A stretch of 64,000 nucleotides of DNA from Camelus dromedarius (taxonomy: Eukaryota). Each line of letters starts with the position of its first letter. Position 1 is the stretch's first letter. The position numbers and the translations under genes are program-made. The notes under the pieces are model-generated. The model was given only the letters and a program-made list of their open reading frames with translations, was not told the DNA's origin and ran no database searches. The stretch is taken from positions 116,128,001 to 116,192,000 of the forward strand of contig NC_087437.1 of the NCBI RefSeq assembly GCF_036321535.1, written 5' to 3'. Positions 24,850 to 38,339 of this stretch are shown piece by piece.

Positions 24850-25747
24850 TTTGTGTTGGGGGGTGCTGGAATGGAAACTTAGAGCGGGGATTTGAAGCTC
24901 TTTTTCACCTTTTCTTATTGAAATGACACCCCTCACCCCGTGTAATCTTATGAATGCCTTCCCCACTGCAGGGTCATAAAACCCTCAAGTTCTACAGATG
25001 AGAGGTGTGGGCAACTGGAGTTTTATAAACCAGCAGACAAATTTTTTAAGGCTTAAAGTATAAGTTTATATATCCAGATGCTATGGTTTGTGATGGTTTA
25101 TGAAGTGAGAACTTTCCTTTGTGGGGTGTAGCATCTCCCTTTACCGAACTGTGTTAAAACCCTACAAACTATCATACATTCCAGTGAGAACCATCTAGAC
25201 ACATTGAGAGACGAATTCTCCGTTTTGGCTGTAGTTAGCAACATCTGGTAATACCGCATAACACTGCAGCCAGAAAAAATTTGTGGGAGAAGTGATGAAT
25301 TTGTCCTCAAAAAGGGAGCAAATGATTGACAATCATATATAACTCTAGGTAGAGTTATATAGAAAACTGGCAACAGGAGGTGGTTCATTTATTTGTATGG
25401 GGACTAATTTTATTTTATGCTCATTTTATTGAGGACATTTCCTTCCTCATCTCCTGAGAAGGAAATGTAAACACACTCATCATTTGTACTCTCAACAAAA
25501 GAATTCAAACTTTATGTCTTTGTTTCAGAGGCAAATGCTGTCAATATTACTCTTTCAGAATGATTTTTATAACAGTTATAAATGTGATCATTTATTTGCA
25601 AATACCTTAAAAAGAGAGCAACAAAGGAATATGTGGGGATTTGAATAGTGTATTTCAACTTTAATTACACATTGTATTTGGAATTCAAAAGGCTATACCT
25701 GATCTAAGTCTTTTGAATATGTTCAACCTGAGGCCACATTATTCTAG

Positions 25748-25978
25748 GGCAGCAGTCCTAACCCAGGGCTGATTTTGACACTCCCCTCCCATTTCCAGGG
25801 GACATTTGGCAGAGTCTGGGGATATATTTGATTGTCCCTACTGTGGAGGGTCATACTGACATCTAGGGGGTAAAAACCAGGAGTGCTGCTGGGCACCATA
25901 CAACACGCAGGACAGTCCCCCGCACCAGAACTAACCTGGCCCCAGGTGTCAGGAGTGGAGACTGAGAAGCCCTGCTCT
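25748..25978. mobile_element. hAT MITE (MER20-like)
   Basis: gggacatttggcagagtctgggga..gcaggacagtcccc..gactgagaagccctg. Confidence 0.75.
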
Positions 25979-26621
25979 AAGGAAGGAGAAATCATACTTC
26001 TCTTTGATGATAACCCACCACTAACCTTTGAGCCCCATTTTGTCCTGAATGGCTGAGGGGTCATGATCTGAAAGTTAATTTCAGAAGAATTTCATGTTCT
26101 TGTTAGTGCAGAACAGAGAAGTTGTGTTGTGTTTTGTTGTCTGAACCCCACCACCTTCAGTCTATCTTTCTAACATTTTGTAGGAACTGTGATTAATCTG
26201 TGACTAAGGATGTTTAAATGGTGGTCAAGTTTTACTCTGAAAGATACTACCTTTTAGAAGCAAGGAAAGAGAGGAAGAAAAGAAAAAAAAGTTATGTTTT
26301 CATTTTAAATATCTCCAAAGCTTGATCGAGCTCACATATGGCATCATTAATTATCTCAATATCGCAAAAGATAATGCAAACGTTAAAGACACCGTTAGCT
26401 ATCAAATCTTATGGCCTCTGGGAACACTAGAGGCTGGCGACTTAAAATGATTTTTCAGGGTAGTTCTATTGTACTCCAGCATAGAAAGACAGTAGAATTT
26501 CACAACTGGTCCTAGCCTCCTCTCAGAAGAAGTCCTGAAGTCTCTAATCCAGCACCAGACTAAAATAAATCCAAAGGTCATGCTCATTACTTGGCAACAT
26601 CTGACTGCTACACCATTGGAT

Positions 26622-26669
26622 ATTATTATTTAGAGACCATCTAGAACATTATTATTTAGAGACCATCTA
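26622..26669 (+). repeat. 22-bp direct repeat (local tandem duplication)
   Basis: attattatttagagaccatcta at 26622-26643 and 26648-26669. Confidence 0.9.
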
Positions 26670-27669
26670 TATTTCTAAGCCTCTCTCATACTGGCAGGTG
26701 GGGAGGGGGACCAAGCTACAGGGGATGATTTAGAGAAGGATGAAGTCATTGCATGTCATCTGACACCGTGGGCTCCTGGAGTAGAGCTCACCTTAGGAGA
26801 AAAGCGACCCTTCATTCTCAGGATCACAGACGGAACGCATTCCAGGCTTCTCCGCGATAAGCTCCATTTCCTAACAGTAGGAGGTTGATGAACCTCCTTA
26901 TTTTTGGCAGGATGAGTAAGTGGAGAGTAGAAGGCTCTATCCGCGAGAGCCCGGTTCAGAGGCTGTAATTGCTTATGTGACAGTTAAGAAGGAAGCCTCC
27001 TCTTTTCAAAGCAGAAGGCTGCAGATCTCTAATCCCCAATCTGGCAGCTATCCCTCAATTACATAAACAAGAAGGAAATTAAAATGTGATGGATTAAATA
27101 AGGGGGTGAACTGGTACTTATGCCCTAACTAGGAATTACCATTTTCCCTCTTCTGAATTGATAATTATCAGCACCGTAGTTTAGTCACTTTTGTAATGAG
27201 GTCCTTTTCATTTTAATTAAAATTGAAATGCTTTACATGTCTTGCCTTCCCTTAAGAAAGTCTTTCAAGTGTTTAAGTCCCTGATACTGGAAAGCTTTAA
27301 TTACAGCATAGAAAGAGCAGAGTGGAAAGCGCTGGAGGGGGGTTTGTGCCTCTTCGTTTCCCATGAACATAATCACGCTGGGAACGCAGGCAGGTTGGTG
27401 AATCTGTCCATTTGCCAAAGATTTTGTTTATTAGAAGCCAGAAAGCATCCCTGAGGGATCATGCATGTAGGATTGTTTCCAATCATTTTACGTCCTCTGC
27501 CTAATTTCAGAACCCCAGCAGATCATCACCAAACTTCCTGTACTGTCCTAAAAGTGTACATAAAAATTGTCGTAAAAATCACCAGACACCCAGGAGCCAC
27601 AACAGACACCCGGGCTTGTACCTGTATCCCACACCAATGGGAAACCTGTTTATACTGAAATAAGGCATT

Positions 27670-28101
27670 GAATCAGTCAGGGTTCTCCAGAGAAACAGAA
27701 CAAATAGGAGATGATTGATAGATAGATAGATATTTTTCAATTTTATTTTTAAAAGTTTTAAAGAGGTTTATTTTTTAAAAAATTGTCTATTCAATGTGGG
27801 GCTAGCAAGTCCAAAGCCTGGAGTTCAGGTGGGCAGGTTGGAAACTCAGGCAGGAGCTCGTGCTGCAGTCCTGAAGAAGAATTTCTTGTTCTTTAGGAAA
27901 CTTCAGTTTTGGCCTTTAAGGGCTTCAACTGATTGGACTAAGCCCCTGCGTTTTATCAAGGAGAATCTCCTATACTTAAAATCAAGTGACCTCAGATGTT
28001 AACTACATTTAAAAATACCTTCACAGTAACACTCAGATGAGTATTTGGTTAAATAACTGGGTGCTATAGCTTTGCCAAGTTGACACGTAAAACCAACCAT
28101 C
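27670..28101 (-). mobile_element. ERVL solo LTR (MLT2-like)
   Basis: agtcagggttctccagagaaacagaac...gccaagttgacacgtaaaaccaaccatc. Confidence 0.85.
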
Positions 28102-28619
28102 GAGGCACCAAGCTTGAATGTTTGTCAGGATGGTGGGCAGTGGTTTAATGCCTACTGAACTGACTGACACCCAGAGGGGCTCAAAACCCTGAGCTTCCCT
28201 ACCAATCCCATTCTGACCTCAACTCTCCTTCTGTTTTGAAGGTCCAGCCCACTCACTCCGGTTCTGATCTGCTCTGCCTTCTCCCTGTCCTGCTGGTTCA
28301 GGAGTATATTGAATTGAAGGACAGACTTTCCCATTCCTTGAATGCCTATAGCACTCCAGGTCTATGTCCTGTAATTTTTCACTTGATTCCCATTTTTATA
28401 GTTTGATTTATGTGGTTTAACTTGCTTCTGCATTTGGATTATTGATTTCTGTAAGGCAGAGAATGTTTAATCTTTTCTTGTAAGTCAGGGTCACAATCAG
28501 GGTTCAGGTAGATACTCAGAAAATACATTCAGAAATTTAGAGGTATGCGGGATGAAGAAACTGGCAAAAATCATTAGATCATCTTTAATGATTCGAAATC
28601 AGAAATTCAGTCTAAATGA

Positions 28620-28830
28620 TTCACTCATCCATTCATCTATTTGTACTCCATCCATCCATCCATCCACCTATCTCTTCTTCCTTCCAACCATCCATCTTTC
28701 CAACCATCCTTCCATCCATTTATCCATCCTTTCATCCATCCATCTATCCATCCATCCACCTACCCCTTCATCTTTGCATCCATCCATCATTCATCATCTA
28801 TCCATCCATCTATCCTTTCATCCACTTATT
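28620..28830 (+). repeat. Degenerate (CATC)n repeat
   Basis: Directly visible. Confidence 0.9.
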
Positions 28831-31700
28831 CTTTTGAGAGTCATATGACCTAAACTGAGAGATATGGAAGTTAAATGACTTATGGGTTATGAGACAATGT
28901 TTTCTTGGTAAGGTTAGGCCTCTTTTTTAATTTTTAGTCCTTTTCTTTTTTGTATTTCATCTTCTTAACTGCTTTAGAGGAGAAATTCCTGTCTTGTTAT
29001 TCATTGAGTTTGACGTAGTTCTAAGATTTGTAACTTAAATAAAAATACATGATTCCTCAAAACATGTCTCACTTTCTTTATTTCCAATATGGATGTCAGT
29101 TTGGTGTTACTGTTACTAAATTTGAGTTGAGATCACAAAGAAGTGATAGTAGCTCGTTAGGACTGGACATTTGCAATCAAAGTTTGTGAAATAATTGGCA
29201 CAATTAATTGAATAATCCATTTACAATAGAAGACTTTCTTAATTACCCACATAATTTTGGAAAAGCTGGCTTCATTTATTTAACTAAACTAACAAGTAAC
29301 ACCTTATGTCTCCAATTCTGTTTTGTCAGTTGAGGTCTAGCTTAATATCCCGTAAGGAAAAGCAGAGAATTTAGGCCAAATGTATTTTGAAATTATGAAC
29401 ACAAATTCATGAGTTCATACTAAAAAAGGCAAAGTTTAACTAGATTCGTATATTTCCTGTATTATTGATTTCATTAGTACATTACACTGACCCCAGCACT
29501 ACTTTTAGAATATTTCTCTCTGCCAAAATCAGAAGAGTAAAGAAGAAAAAGGGAGGAGAGGAGTTGGGTGGACTGGGGCCTCCAGGACTAATTTTAGCAG
29601 AAATCACTCCAGCTTAGAGCTGATGCCCTTCTGCTGGGGCCTCGGAACAAAGATGAAAGTAGATCAACTAAGCCTCACCCAAATTATAGCGCTGTTGGTC
29701 GACGCAGTCTTTCAGAGGCCTTCATGTGCTCAGCCACCGATCTTGGCTGGGGCTCTGACCCTCCATGTCCCCACCAGGGGAATGGGGTAATGACAGCCCT
29801 TGCTGGGCAGGGAGGTGGGGAACTAGGTGAGACTCTACTGAAGATGTACTGGTTGCACAGAGCACTAAGATAAATGGAAACTAATATTCACGGGAGAGAT
29901 AAGAGTCCAGGGCAGTGGATGGAAATATCACATGACCGTTGAAATTGCCATAACACCAATGAAAATTGTACTTCTGTGGCTTTTTTTTTCCCCTTTAACT
30001 CATGATACCATCAGGTATTTAGTTGAAACTCTCAATATATTTTGCAAAGTAGATAAGTTGGCTGCTCTTCAATAATGATGTCTATTTGGTTTGCTTGCCT
30101 TAAAATCAAGTGGAGAAGTCTATTGGTCTTCTACCATTGAACCAGGCTATAAAAAGCCCATATACTTTTACAATTATTTCAACTTTCTTCTCCACCACTA
30201 CTCTATTCATTGACTCTCTAGGCATGCTTTTTAAAGTCCATAAATATGTAAAAGTATATTGGTTACTAGATAGCCAGCAATATCAGGACAGAATTTAAAC
30301 CAACTTTTCCCTTATCCTTTTAACCTGATTTATTTTTTTCAAAACTCCTATCTCTATCTGAAATTACTTTATACATTTCTGTTTTCTTCTTTATTACCTG
30401 TCTCCCTCACTAAAATGCGAACTTGAGTAGGGCAGGGACTGTTTGGTATTATTTACCAGTGAACCTCCAGCATCCTGACTGTTTTCCATAAATGCTTGTG
30501 ATGTGAATGTTGAATAAATGAATTCGGAAATGATTATTTATATCATCATAATATGTATGTTTTCATACATATAATCAGGTGGGTTTCATATAATACCCAC
30601 CTGATTTTACTATTTACCTTGTTTCACGTGACCTTTCTCAAGTAATTCAAGCCCTGTTGAAACCATCACTTGCTGAATGTGTAATTTTCATCAACCTGTA
30701 CTCAAATATTAATCAAAATAAAAGGAAGCCTTTTAAAATATTTGTTGACCTTGGGCTTGTATCATGTCTGCATAATGAAGCTTTTCCAAGTAGAAAATAT
30801 TTTCATGAGCATAGAGATATTCTCTTATATTCTATGTCACAGACAAGGTACAAAAGACTACCTCTGATCAAGGCAAGACAAATAAAAATAAAGAAGACAA
30901 ATGTCAAGAAAACTGAAAGTAGCTTTTTTTGAAAAGATACATAAAATGGACAAACCCTGGGTGAGAATTTCCAGATATTAAAAAAAAAGAACATAAAGAA
31001 GCAATATTAAGAATAAAAGAAGATATATAACTACAGGGGACAGTAAGTATTTTTTATGTGACAAGAGAATACAATGCTGGTAAATTTAGAATCTTAGATT
31101 AAACTGTTTTCTAGCAATTATAATTTTAACTCTGAATAAGCCAAGTAAAAGCAAACCTGGCTAATATTCCCAGAGCAATAATTAACTGTGCCTCCACTGG
31201 ACACAATTCATTTGAGTTTCTATAGACAAAAATCTATTGCATCACATTGGTTTTCTACACCTTAGGGAGCTGTGAAATAGCTCAGAAACACTGAAAGGCA
31301 GAGCCAGTCCAGACGGGCGTCTAGTAGGAGACTCAGCCATCTCTTTGCCCATTTCAAAGTCTTTCACAGCTTTTCTTGACTATCCAAACTATATTTTGTT
31401 GTTGAACTTCTTTACATATTGACTTGGGAATAACTGTCTTTGTTCTTTGATGTTTCTGATTGCCCAGCTTAATAAAGAATTTTAATTTTCTTGTTTCTAT
31501 TTGAAACAAGAAATCAGTGGAGCAAGTGCACGGGCGTCAGATGTTCCTGGAGAGTCAGGCTGCAGCCTTGGTGACCCACCATCCCTTTATCTCAATTGCT
31601 AACAAAATGCTTGCAAGGAGCAACAGAGAAATGGTCTCAGTTAAATAAACCATCTTCTTTTCAGGCAACTGAAGTTTTCAAGCAACATTTAAGCAAAATA

Positions 31701-32566
31701 TAGTTGACCTTTGTGCGGCTGGTGGATGTAACCGGTTTCCGGGATCCCAGAAGGAATTCAGAGACAAGATGCAGTTGTTAGCAAAAGTAAAGTGAGGATT
31801 TATTAAGGGATGGATAGCACTCTCTGAAAGGGAGAGCGGGCAGGCTCAGGTGAGCCGCTGCCCAGGGTTTCTTTGGCAAGTTGGTGACATGGGGTGTAAA
31901 AATGAATGGGCGGAATATTCGTGGGGGGGATTGGGGTCGTATTCCCTGATTTTCAGCCCAACTCCACCTTCCTGAGGGGGAGGAGGGATCTTTGTCCTTT
32001 TTGTCCTCCGGATCAGAAGTGTTACAGCGTCGGTGCATGATGGGCACTTCTAAGCTGCAAGACTAATTTTATTGTAATGAGGGCGTAAGGAGCAGAAGTT
32101 TACATTTGGACACTGGGGATTCCTGCCTTTTCTCACCTTTCTTTGTTGGCCTCTGGGCCGCTTATCACCCCAAAAGGTGCGACCACTTATCAGCCTAGAA
32201 GTTTCTGTTTTTTTTTCTCTGCCCAAGGACCCCGGGTGCTTACATGATGTATGGTTTCCTGCATTTGGTTTGTGCCCCTCCTTTCTGCCCAGTTCCTGCC
32301 ATTTGGCCTGTGTCCCCCTTTCTCTGCTCATATCTAGCTATCTGCCTGCTCTAACACTTGAACAACACGGTTCCCGTTTATGTGAGGATATTTTTCAATA
32401 GTAACTACTACAGTACTACACGATCCTCAGTTGGTTGAATTCACTAATAAGGAACTGCGGATATGGAGGGAGCTCAGACGGGGAGGGCCTGTGATAAGTT
32501 ACAGGATGATTTTTGACAGCACAGAGGATCGGCGCCCCAACCCCTACATTGTTGAAGGGTCAATTG
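31701..32566. mobile_element. Tigger-derived MITE interrupted by an LTR
   Basis: TIR-like ends (t)agttgacctt|gaacaac and gttgaagggtcaattg; internal actacagtactacacgatcc..ggttggttgaat. Confidence 0.75.
31712..32356 (-). mobile_element. ERV1-class solo LTR, relatively CpG-retaining
   Basis: TG...CA ends (minus strand starts tgttagagcaggcagatagctag); minus-strand AATAAA near 31800; ctt repeated on both flanks. Confidence 0.8.
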
Positions 32567-33994
32567 TGTGGCATTTTTTCAACATTTAAACAAAATAGAG
32601 CCATTCTCCCAGCCCATCTTACTCTCGTATCATGTCCATGCTACTTTTGAAGTAGAACTCGATGTCCACATTTGGGAGCACTCCCTGGGGGTTAGAGTTC
32701 CACAGGTAAGAGTCTCCTCTTTTATGAGATGCAAACGTTCCTTGATCGCCATTGCAATGTCATCACTTGTGCTGTTTGCCTGTTTTCTAGTGACAAGTGG
32801 CGGAGGTCAGAGCTCTGAGGCTGCAGACGCAGGGCTTGACAAGCAGAGGTTGGAAGGGCAGTCAGGTACCCCACCGAGGAAGCGAGAATCAGAGAGCCAA
32901 AAGCACCACCTGAGGAAGTGGGACCTGGGGTTAGAGACAGCTCACAGCAGGAGAAGAGGACCCTAAAGAAGAGACGGGTAGGTGCTGAAGACAACATCCA
33001 TCTCTGCGTCTGTTCCCAGTCTGGGCAAGCACTGACAGAGTGATCCAGTTCCCTGGTTCCAACGCCAAAGACCAAGAGAAAAGGCTGGGCTGGCCTCACC
33101 TGGGTTGTTTGTTTAGATACGAGACTTTGGTTCTCTGGACTACTGACCTTGTACGGAACAGGCAGTATTTTCTGCCTGCCAGCTCTACATCCTTCCAGGC
33201 TGTGAGTATCAAAAAATTGGCCTTGTGTAATAAAATCAGCCCTTTAGACCGCACACAACACTTACGATGGGGATCACTACCCAGATTAATTTGCTACCGA
33301 ATAAAGAATTAGATGCCAAGATGAACAAGAGAGAGCAACAGGAGGGTAGGGCCTAGGGGGAAAAAAGTAAAGCTTTTCATTTTCTGTCTGTTCTGGTATT
33401 TTCAGTTGAATTAGGATGGTTCGTCTTTTCTAAGCTGATTCTTGCTAAATTTTCAATGATTTAAATGTGCTCATTGTATTTCTCCCTGTGGGTGTTTTTC
33501 TGAACAGCCAGTCCCCCAACAGGATGACATGTTGGTGCCACACAATTCTCCAGGCAGCCTCCCAGGTCTGCTCTCGGCCTGGGAAGTACCCTTTATCCAG
33601 GGGGCAGTAAATGGGGGTCTCCAGGACTGGCTGCACAGTGTGAGGGACCCATTGCAAAACAGAAATGCAAGCACTTTGTTCAAAAAGCAGTAAGACTTTC
33701 AAGACAGAGACAGCAGATAATGAAACCACATATGGGGCTCTTTGGGTGATGGTACAGGTCATGTACCCATGAATCTGACACAGGTGGTCTCACTGAGGGG
33801 ACACTAAATCCTTTCTCCTTATCCACTTAGGGACTTGTCATGCCGGAGACTAGAGTTTACGATTTGGGAGCCAGGTACACTCTTCGGACTGGAAAACTGA
33901 CTTTAGTAAAAGTTGTGCTTCAAGAAGAAAACTGTATATTTGTAAAGAAGACTTCACCCTGCATTTCTTCAAATTTACAACATGATTCAAATTA

Positions 33995-34255
33995 CTTTTT
34001 ATTTTTTGCTTGTTTGTTGAAGTATAGTTGATTTACAACCTTACGTTAGTTTCTGGCATATAGCATAGTGACCCAGTCATACATTTTATATATATATATA
34101 CACACACATTTTCGTATTCTTTTTCATTATAGGTCATTGCAAGAAATTGAATATAGTTCCCTGAGCTACACTGTAGGACCTTGTTGTTTATCTATTTTAT
34201 ATGTAGAAATTTGTATCTGCTAATCACAAACTCCTGATTCACCCCTCCCCCCATC
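33995..34255 (-). mobile_element. L1 3' end (cetartiodactyl type)
   Basis: ttgaagtatagttgatttaca..., attgaatatagttccctg.gcta.a..gtaggaccttgttgtttatct. Confidence 0.88.
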
Positions 34256-35078
34256 TTACTGTTTAACTACATTTCCTGGGGACCCAGGGGAATGTCTTTT
34301 TTAAAAGGTTTTTCTCTTTTATATCATTTAGATTCTATCGACCTTTATATATTTATATTCACATTATAGATTATTTGGGTAATGGCCCCTGCATTACAAT
34401 ATTGCAGGGCCCCCCCTTGTGTTTGGGTTTATGAATCTGTCTGCATGAAGCAATCACCTCTTTTAACAGTGTTTAATTTTTAATCCTGGCTTTCTCAACT
34501 GGGTTTGCAGAAGTGTTCTTGGGTGCCCTAGTTTTAAACTTTAGGGAACACTGCGTTATACTTTAGTCAAGTTCTGACCCACAGGTTTTGAAGCCTTAGT
34601 AATTAATGAGGAGGTCTGTGCCCTTACTAATGACCATATGCAAATCAGATGTTTAAAAGAATAGTTGAAGGAAAGGAAAAACGACCATGTTCATTCAAAT
34701 GAGATTTGACCTACTGGTTAAAAAATTGAGGTAACCAAATATTGAGGAAGAATAACGTTACCAACAACAATAGTTTTGAGTGTTCATTATGTGACACACA
34801 CTTTTGATGCATTTTTTCAGCCCTTTGAGTTGGGTCCTGGTTGAGCTTCTGTTTTGCAGATGAGGAAAGTGAATCAGACCTGGGTCTCCAGCAGAAGGGG
34901 CAGAATTTGAACCCCAGAGCCTGATTCCAAAGCCAGTGCCTCCTCTTCAGTGCCATTCTTTACACACTTGTGCTGGAAACTCTTTCACACATGAAGGTTT
35001 GTGTCAGTTTTAGCTTTTCCAGGAGCCGGGGACTGCACAATCTATGGGGACATGGCTGCTTTCAAATGTAGGCCTTAA

Positions 35079-35149
35079 GGTGGGGTACAGCTCAGTGGTA
35101 GAGCGTGTGCGTAGCACAGGGTCCTAGGTTCAATCCCCAGTGCCTCCAC

Positions 35150-35204
<55 letters not shown>

Positions 35205-35209
35205 ATGTA
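35079..35209 (+). mobile_element. Vic-1-type SINE with (AAAT)n tail
   Basis: gggtacagctcagtggtagagcg...ggttcaatccccagt; TSD aaatgtaggc at 35064-35073 and 35210-35219. Confidence 0.9.
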
Positions 35210-35221
35210 AAATGTAGGCTT

Positions 35222-35721
35222 GATTATTATTCAGGTAAAGTCAATCAGGAGATGAGCGCCACTGAAAAGATAGTCTTTTCCTCCCAGTTACTGAGAGATG
35301 CGGGCATATCACACCACACAGGCCCACTCGGGGAAGCAGCAGAGTGACTCAGGAGGCAGAGAGAAGGGGAATTAAACATGGGTGAGAGGCTTTATTGTGG
35401 TTTTGGTGGGGAAGGAATGAATGAGGCAGGGAGGCAAGCAGAGGATTGACGCCTTTGAATACTCTCAGTGGTCTCTGGGGTGCAGAGGTTGCCTCTAATT
35501 GTCTAGTACCTGGCGGCTAAGTGATTAGGGCAGAGGAAGAGTGGCCTGGAGTGTGAGAGGAGGTTGGGGTGTGGGCTCTGGGTTGGATTTGCACATGGAA
35601 GGTGTGGTTACAGGTGAATCGCTTACTATCTCTAGGAGTTGACTAGCCCTGGGAGGGGCAATCTCTCCAGGTTAGCACAGCACCAGATGGAAAAGCATCA
35701 GAATGCAAAGACATGCTAATA
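35222..35721. mobile_element. ERVL-type LTR (MER76-like)
   Basis: ttcaggtaaagtcaatcaggagatg..ccactgaaaagatag, gaggctttattgtggttt, ctaattgtctagtacctggc. Confidence 0.6.
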
Positions 35722-37025
35722 GTCCAGGGGCCTGGAAGACCCAGTCAGACAAAAGACCCAGGAGCTGCTGCCTGATCTGAAAAGTCACCTCCTGGGAGCA
35801 GTGTCGTCTCCTTTGTTAAGAGAAGACACTGTATCTTTGAAGAATGATTAGAAAGAGATAGCAGAAAAGTGTGGAGACAGCCCCGTTCATCAGAGCTGCA
35901 ACCACACATCCCGGAGATGTAGACTTGTGAATAAATGGCACAGCAAACAGAAAGCAAATGTGACCCTTGGTGATTGCAAGTAATCATGATTATTGCTTCT
36001 TAGTAATTAGGCAGAGATGATAAGCAATTTAAAAATTTTTCAGATGCATATTACCTTTGATTTTCTCTTCTCATGTTGCTAGCTTTCTAACGTCAGTAAA
36101 CAGAATTAGTGTCGATGAGCCTAGGGTTCCTCAGGCCCCATATCAGGGGTCTCACTCCACCGGTCCCCACCCTGCCCCTGCTCTTGGGCAGCTAGTCCTT
36201 GAGCTGACTTCTCAGTTGCCTTCCCATCCTTCTTGGGAACCTGGGAGTCCTGGGAGCTGAGGACGTAAGGCAGCAAGATGTCCAGGCTCCCTGGTCTTGT
36301 CCACCTGGAAGACTCCTGGGCAGCTGCTGCTCTTGGTCCCTGTCCAGACCACTGTGCTCCTTTAAGGGTGAGTGACGCCACTCAGAGCTGAACTCAGCTA
36401 ATTGGGCACCATGATTTGATTCCAGAGGTCTCAGATTTAGTGCTCGACTCATGGGTTATAGGTCTCCCCCTGCACCCCAACTGCTGCCAGAGAGCCCAGG
36501 CCCCCAATCCCAACAGCCTGATGAGACCCCTCTTCCCAGGAAGTAGAGCTGCCCCTCTGCTGGCCCACAGGCAGCTACACCCGCTTTTGAACTCCTTCAG
36601 TGCCTCAAGGTTGCTCTCCTGGCTATGGAAAAGACAAGGTGATGTTGCATTATCGGTCTTGCTAAAACAGAGGAAAAAAGATAAAAACAGAAAGAACATT
36701 AACTCTTCCCCAGGGCGTTGTCCTACACTTAGATTCTGAAAGGTACGTAATTTTCCTCATCCCGTTCTACTCGCAGCACAAATATCTTCCCATAGAACTT
36801 GGTCAAGGTCAAGGCCATTTTGTTCCATGCACCCACCTCCACATCCCAGCGGCCTGTTTCCTGACACTTAAACCCGCTTATAAGTAGACATAACGATCTT
36901 TCTTTACAGTCGTTACTGGGTGATTACAGCTGTATGATAGGCTAGCAGAAGTAATGTGTTTCACGCCTAAGTCTTACATTCATTCTGCAATTCTCTCTCA
37001 AGCCAGACTCTGTGATGGTCTTAAT

Positions 37026-37265
37026 CAGGGGTTGGCAAACTATCACTCACGGGGCTAATCTGGCCAGTTGCTTGTTTTGTATGATGCATGAATGTCCATA
37101 AAAGTCTTGCTGGAACACAGCCATGCTCATTCATTTGCCACTTTCCTCCAGCAGCCTTCACGCTACAGCAGCAGAGCTGAGCAGTTGCAACATAAAATAT
37201 ATTGCCCACAAAATCTAGAGTCTTTACTAGCTGGCCCTCTGCAGACAACGTTTGCAAGCTCCTAG
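37026..37265. mobile_element. hAT MITE (MER58-like)
   Basis: caggggttggcaaacta...ggaacacagccatgctcattcattt...ctggccctctgcaga. Confidence 0.8.
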
Positions 37266-38339
37266 TCTAGATGATGTAAGAATCAGTTTCCGGCTCCAAC
37301 ACTTACCAGTAGAGTAACACCGAGCTGGCAACTTCACCTCTTTGCACTTCTTTTGCCACATCTGTGAACTGAGCATAGTCAAACCAGCCTCAGGGATGAA
37401 TGAGAAAACATGGTCAATGCTTAGAAAGTTCTCAGCAGTGCTTTGCACCTGGGAAGCACTCCGTCTAGCTAGTTGTTGGCATACAAGTAACATGGTGATG
37501 AGCTCGTCAGGGAAAGGTTGGTTGACTTTGGATAAACTTCTCGACCCTCTCAGTTCTTACAGATGTCCTGGTTTCATCATCATTGCACAGACAGAATCTG
37601 TGCCCTGAGGGTTTTCCTGTCCAGCTCAGGTCTAAATCGGTGTCTTTCATGTATAGACAATGAAACGAAGCCTTTAACCTTGATCAAAATCATGTGTTTC
37701 TGAACATCTGAGCTGATTGTCAATACCACACCAAGCACAAGGTTTGATACATGCTCTGCTAATGTCACAAAGTGTGGCATGGGGTGGGGAACAGGGAGAA
37801 TCATTCAGGAAGGAGCCAGGAACTCCTAAAATGAAAGAAGCAATTAAAATGCAATTTTCAGATAAGCTTAAGTGTAGTCTGTCCCCTACTCCTTATCAGG
37901 AACTAGATTCAGTCTTTCTTAATTGAGGGGTCAAAATACAGCTCTCATAAATGTTACACTTTGGGGAAATCATATGCCTAACCTAAATTTGAGCCCTGTT
38001 TTGTGCTTCCTGGTTTGCCGTCTTTCTAAAGAGTAAATAACAGAACATTGCTATCTACAAAATACTCTGAGTTGAAGCCTCAACCTACAAAAGAATCAAC
38101 AAAAAAGAAGTGAAGTTCCTTTACGCTCTCGCCAGGTGACGACAGTGCTGGTGGAGCAGGACGTCTCGGTTCTCTCCTACCCCTGCCCTTGGGGCGGCAG
38201 GTGCCCCCTGTGGCCTCACGGGGAGAGGGAGTGGTGCTGTGGTCATGCTGACTGGCAGCCAGAGGATCTGAGCTCTGGTGTTGGCTTTGCCACATAGCCC
38301 TGGACTATTGAACCATCCTCTCTGGGACCTACATTCCTG

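Noticed and set aside
26622..26669. CRISPR-like direct repeat
   Set aside because: Only two copies with a 4-bp spacer in mammalian DNA; a simple local duplication
28552..28853. Three overlapping His/Pro/Ser/Ile-rich ORFs
   Set aside because: Translation of the (CATC)n repeat
38200..38216. Additional CTCF-like motif
   Set aside because: Several mismatches in the 5' half of the core
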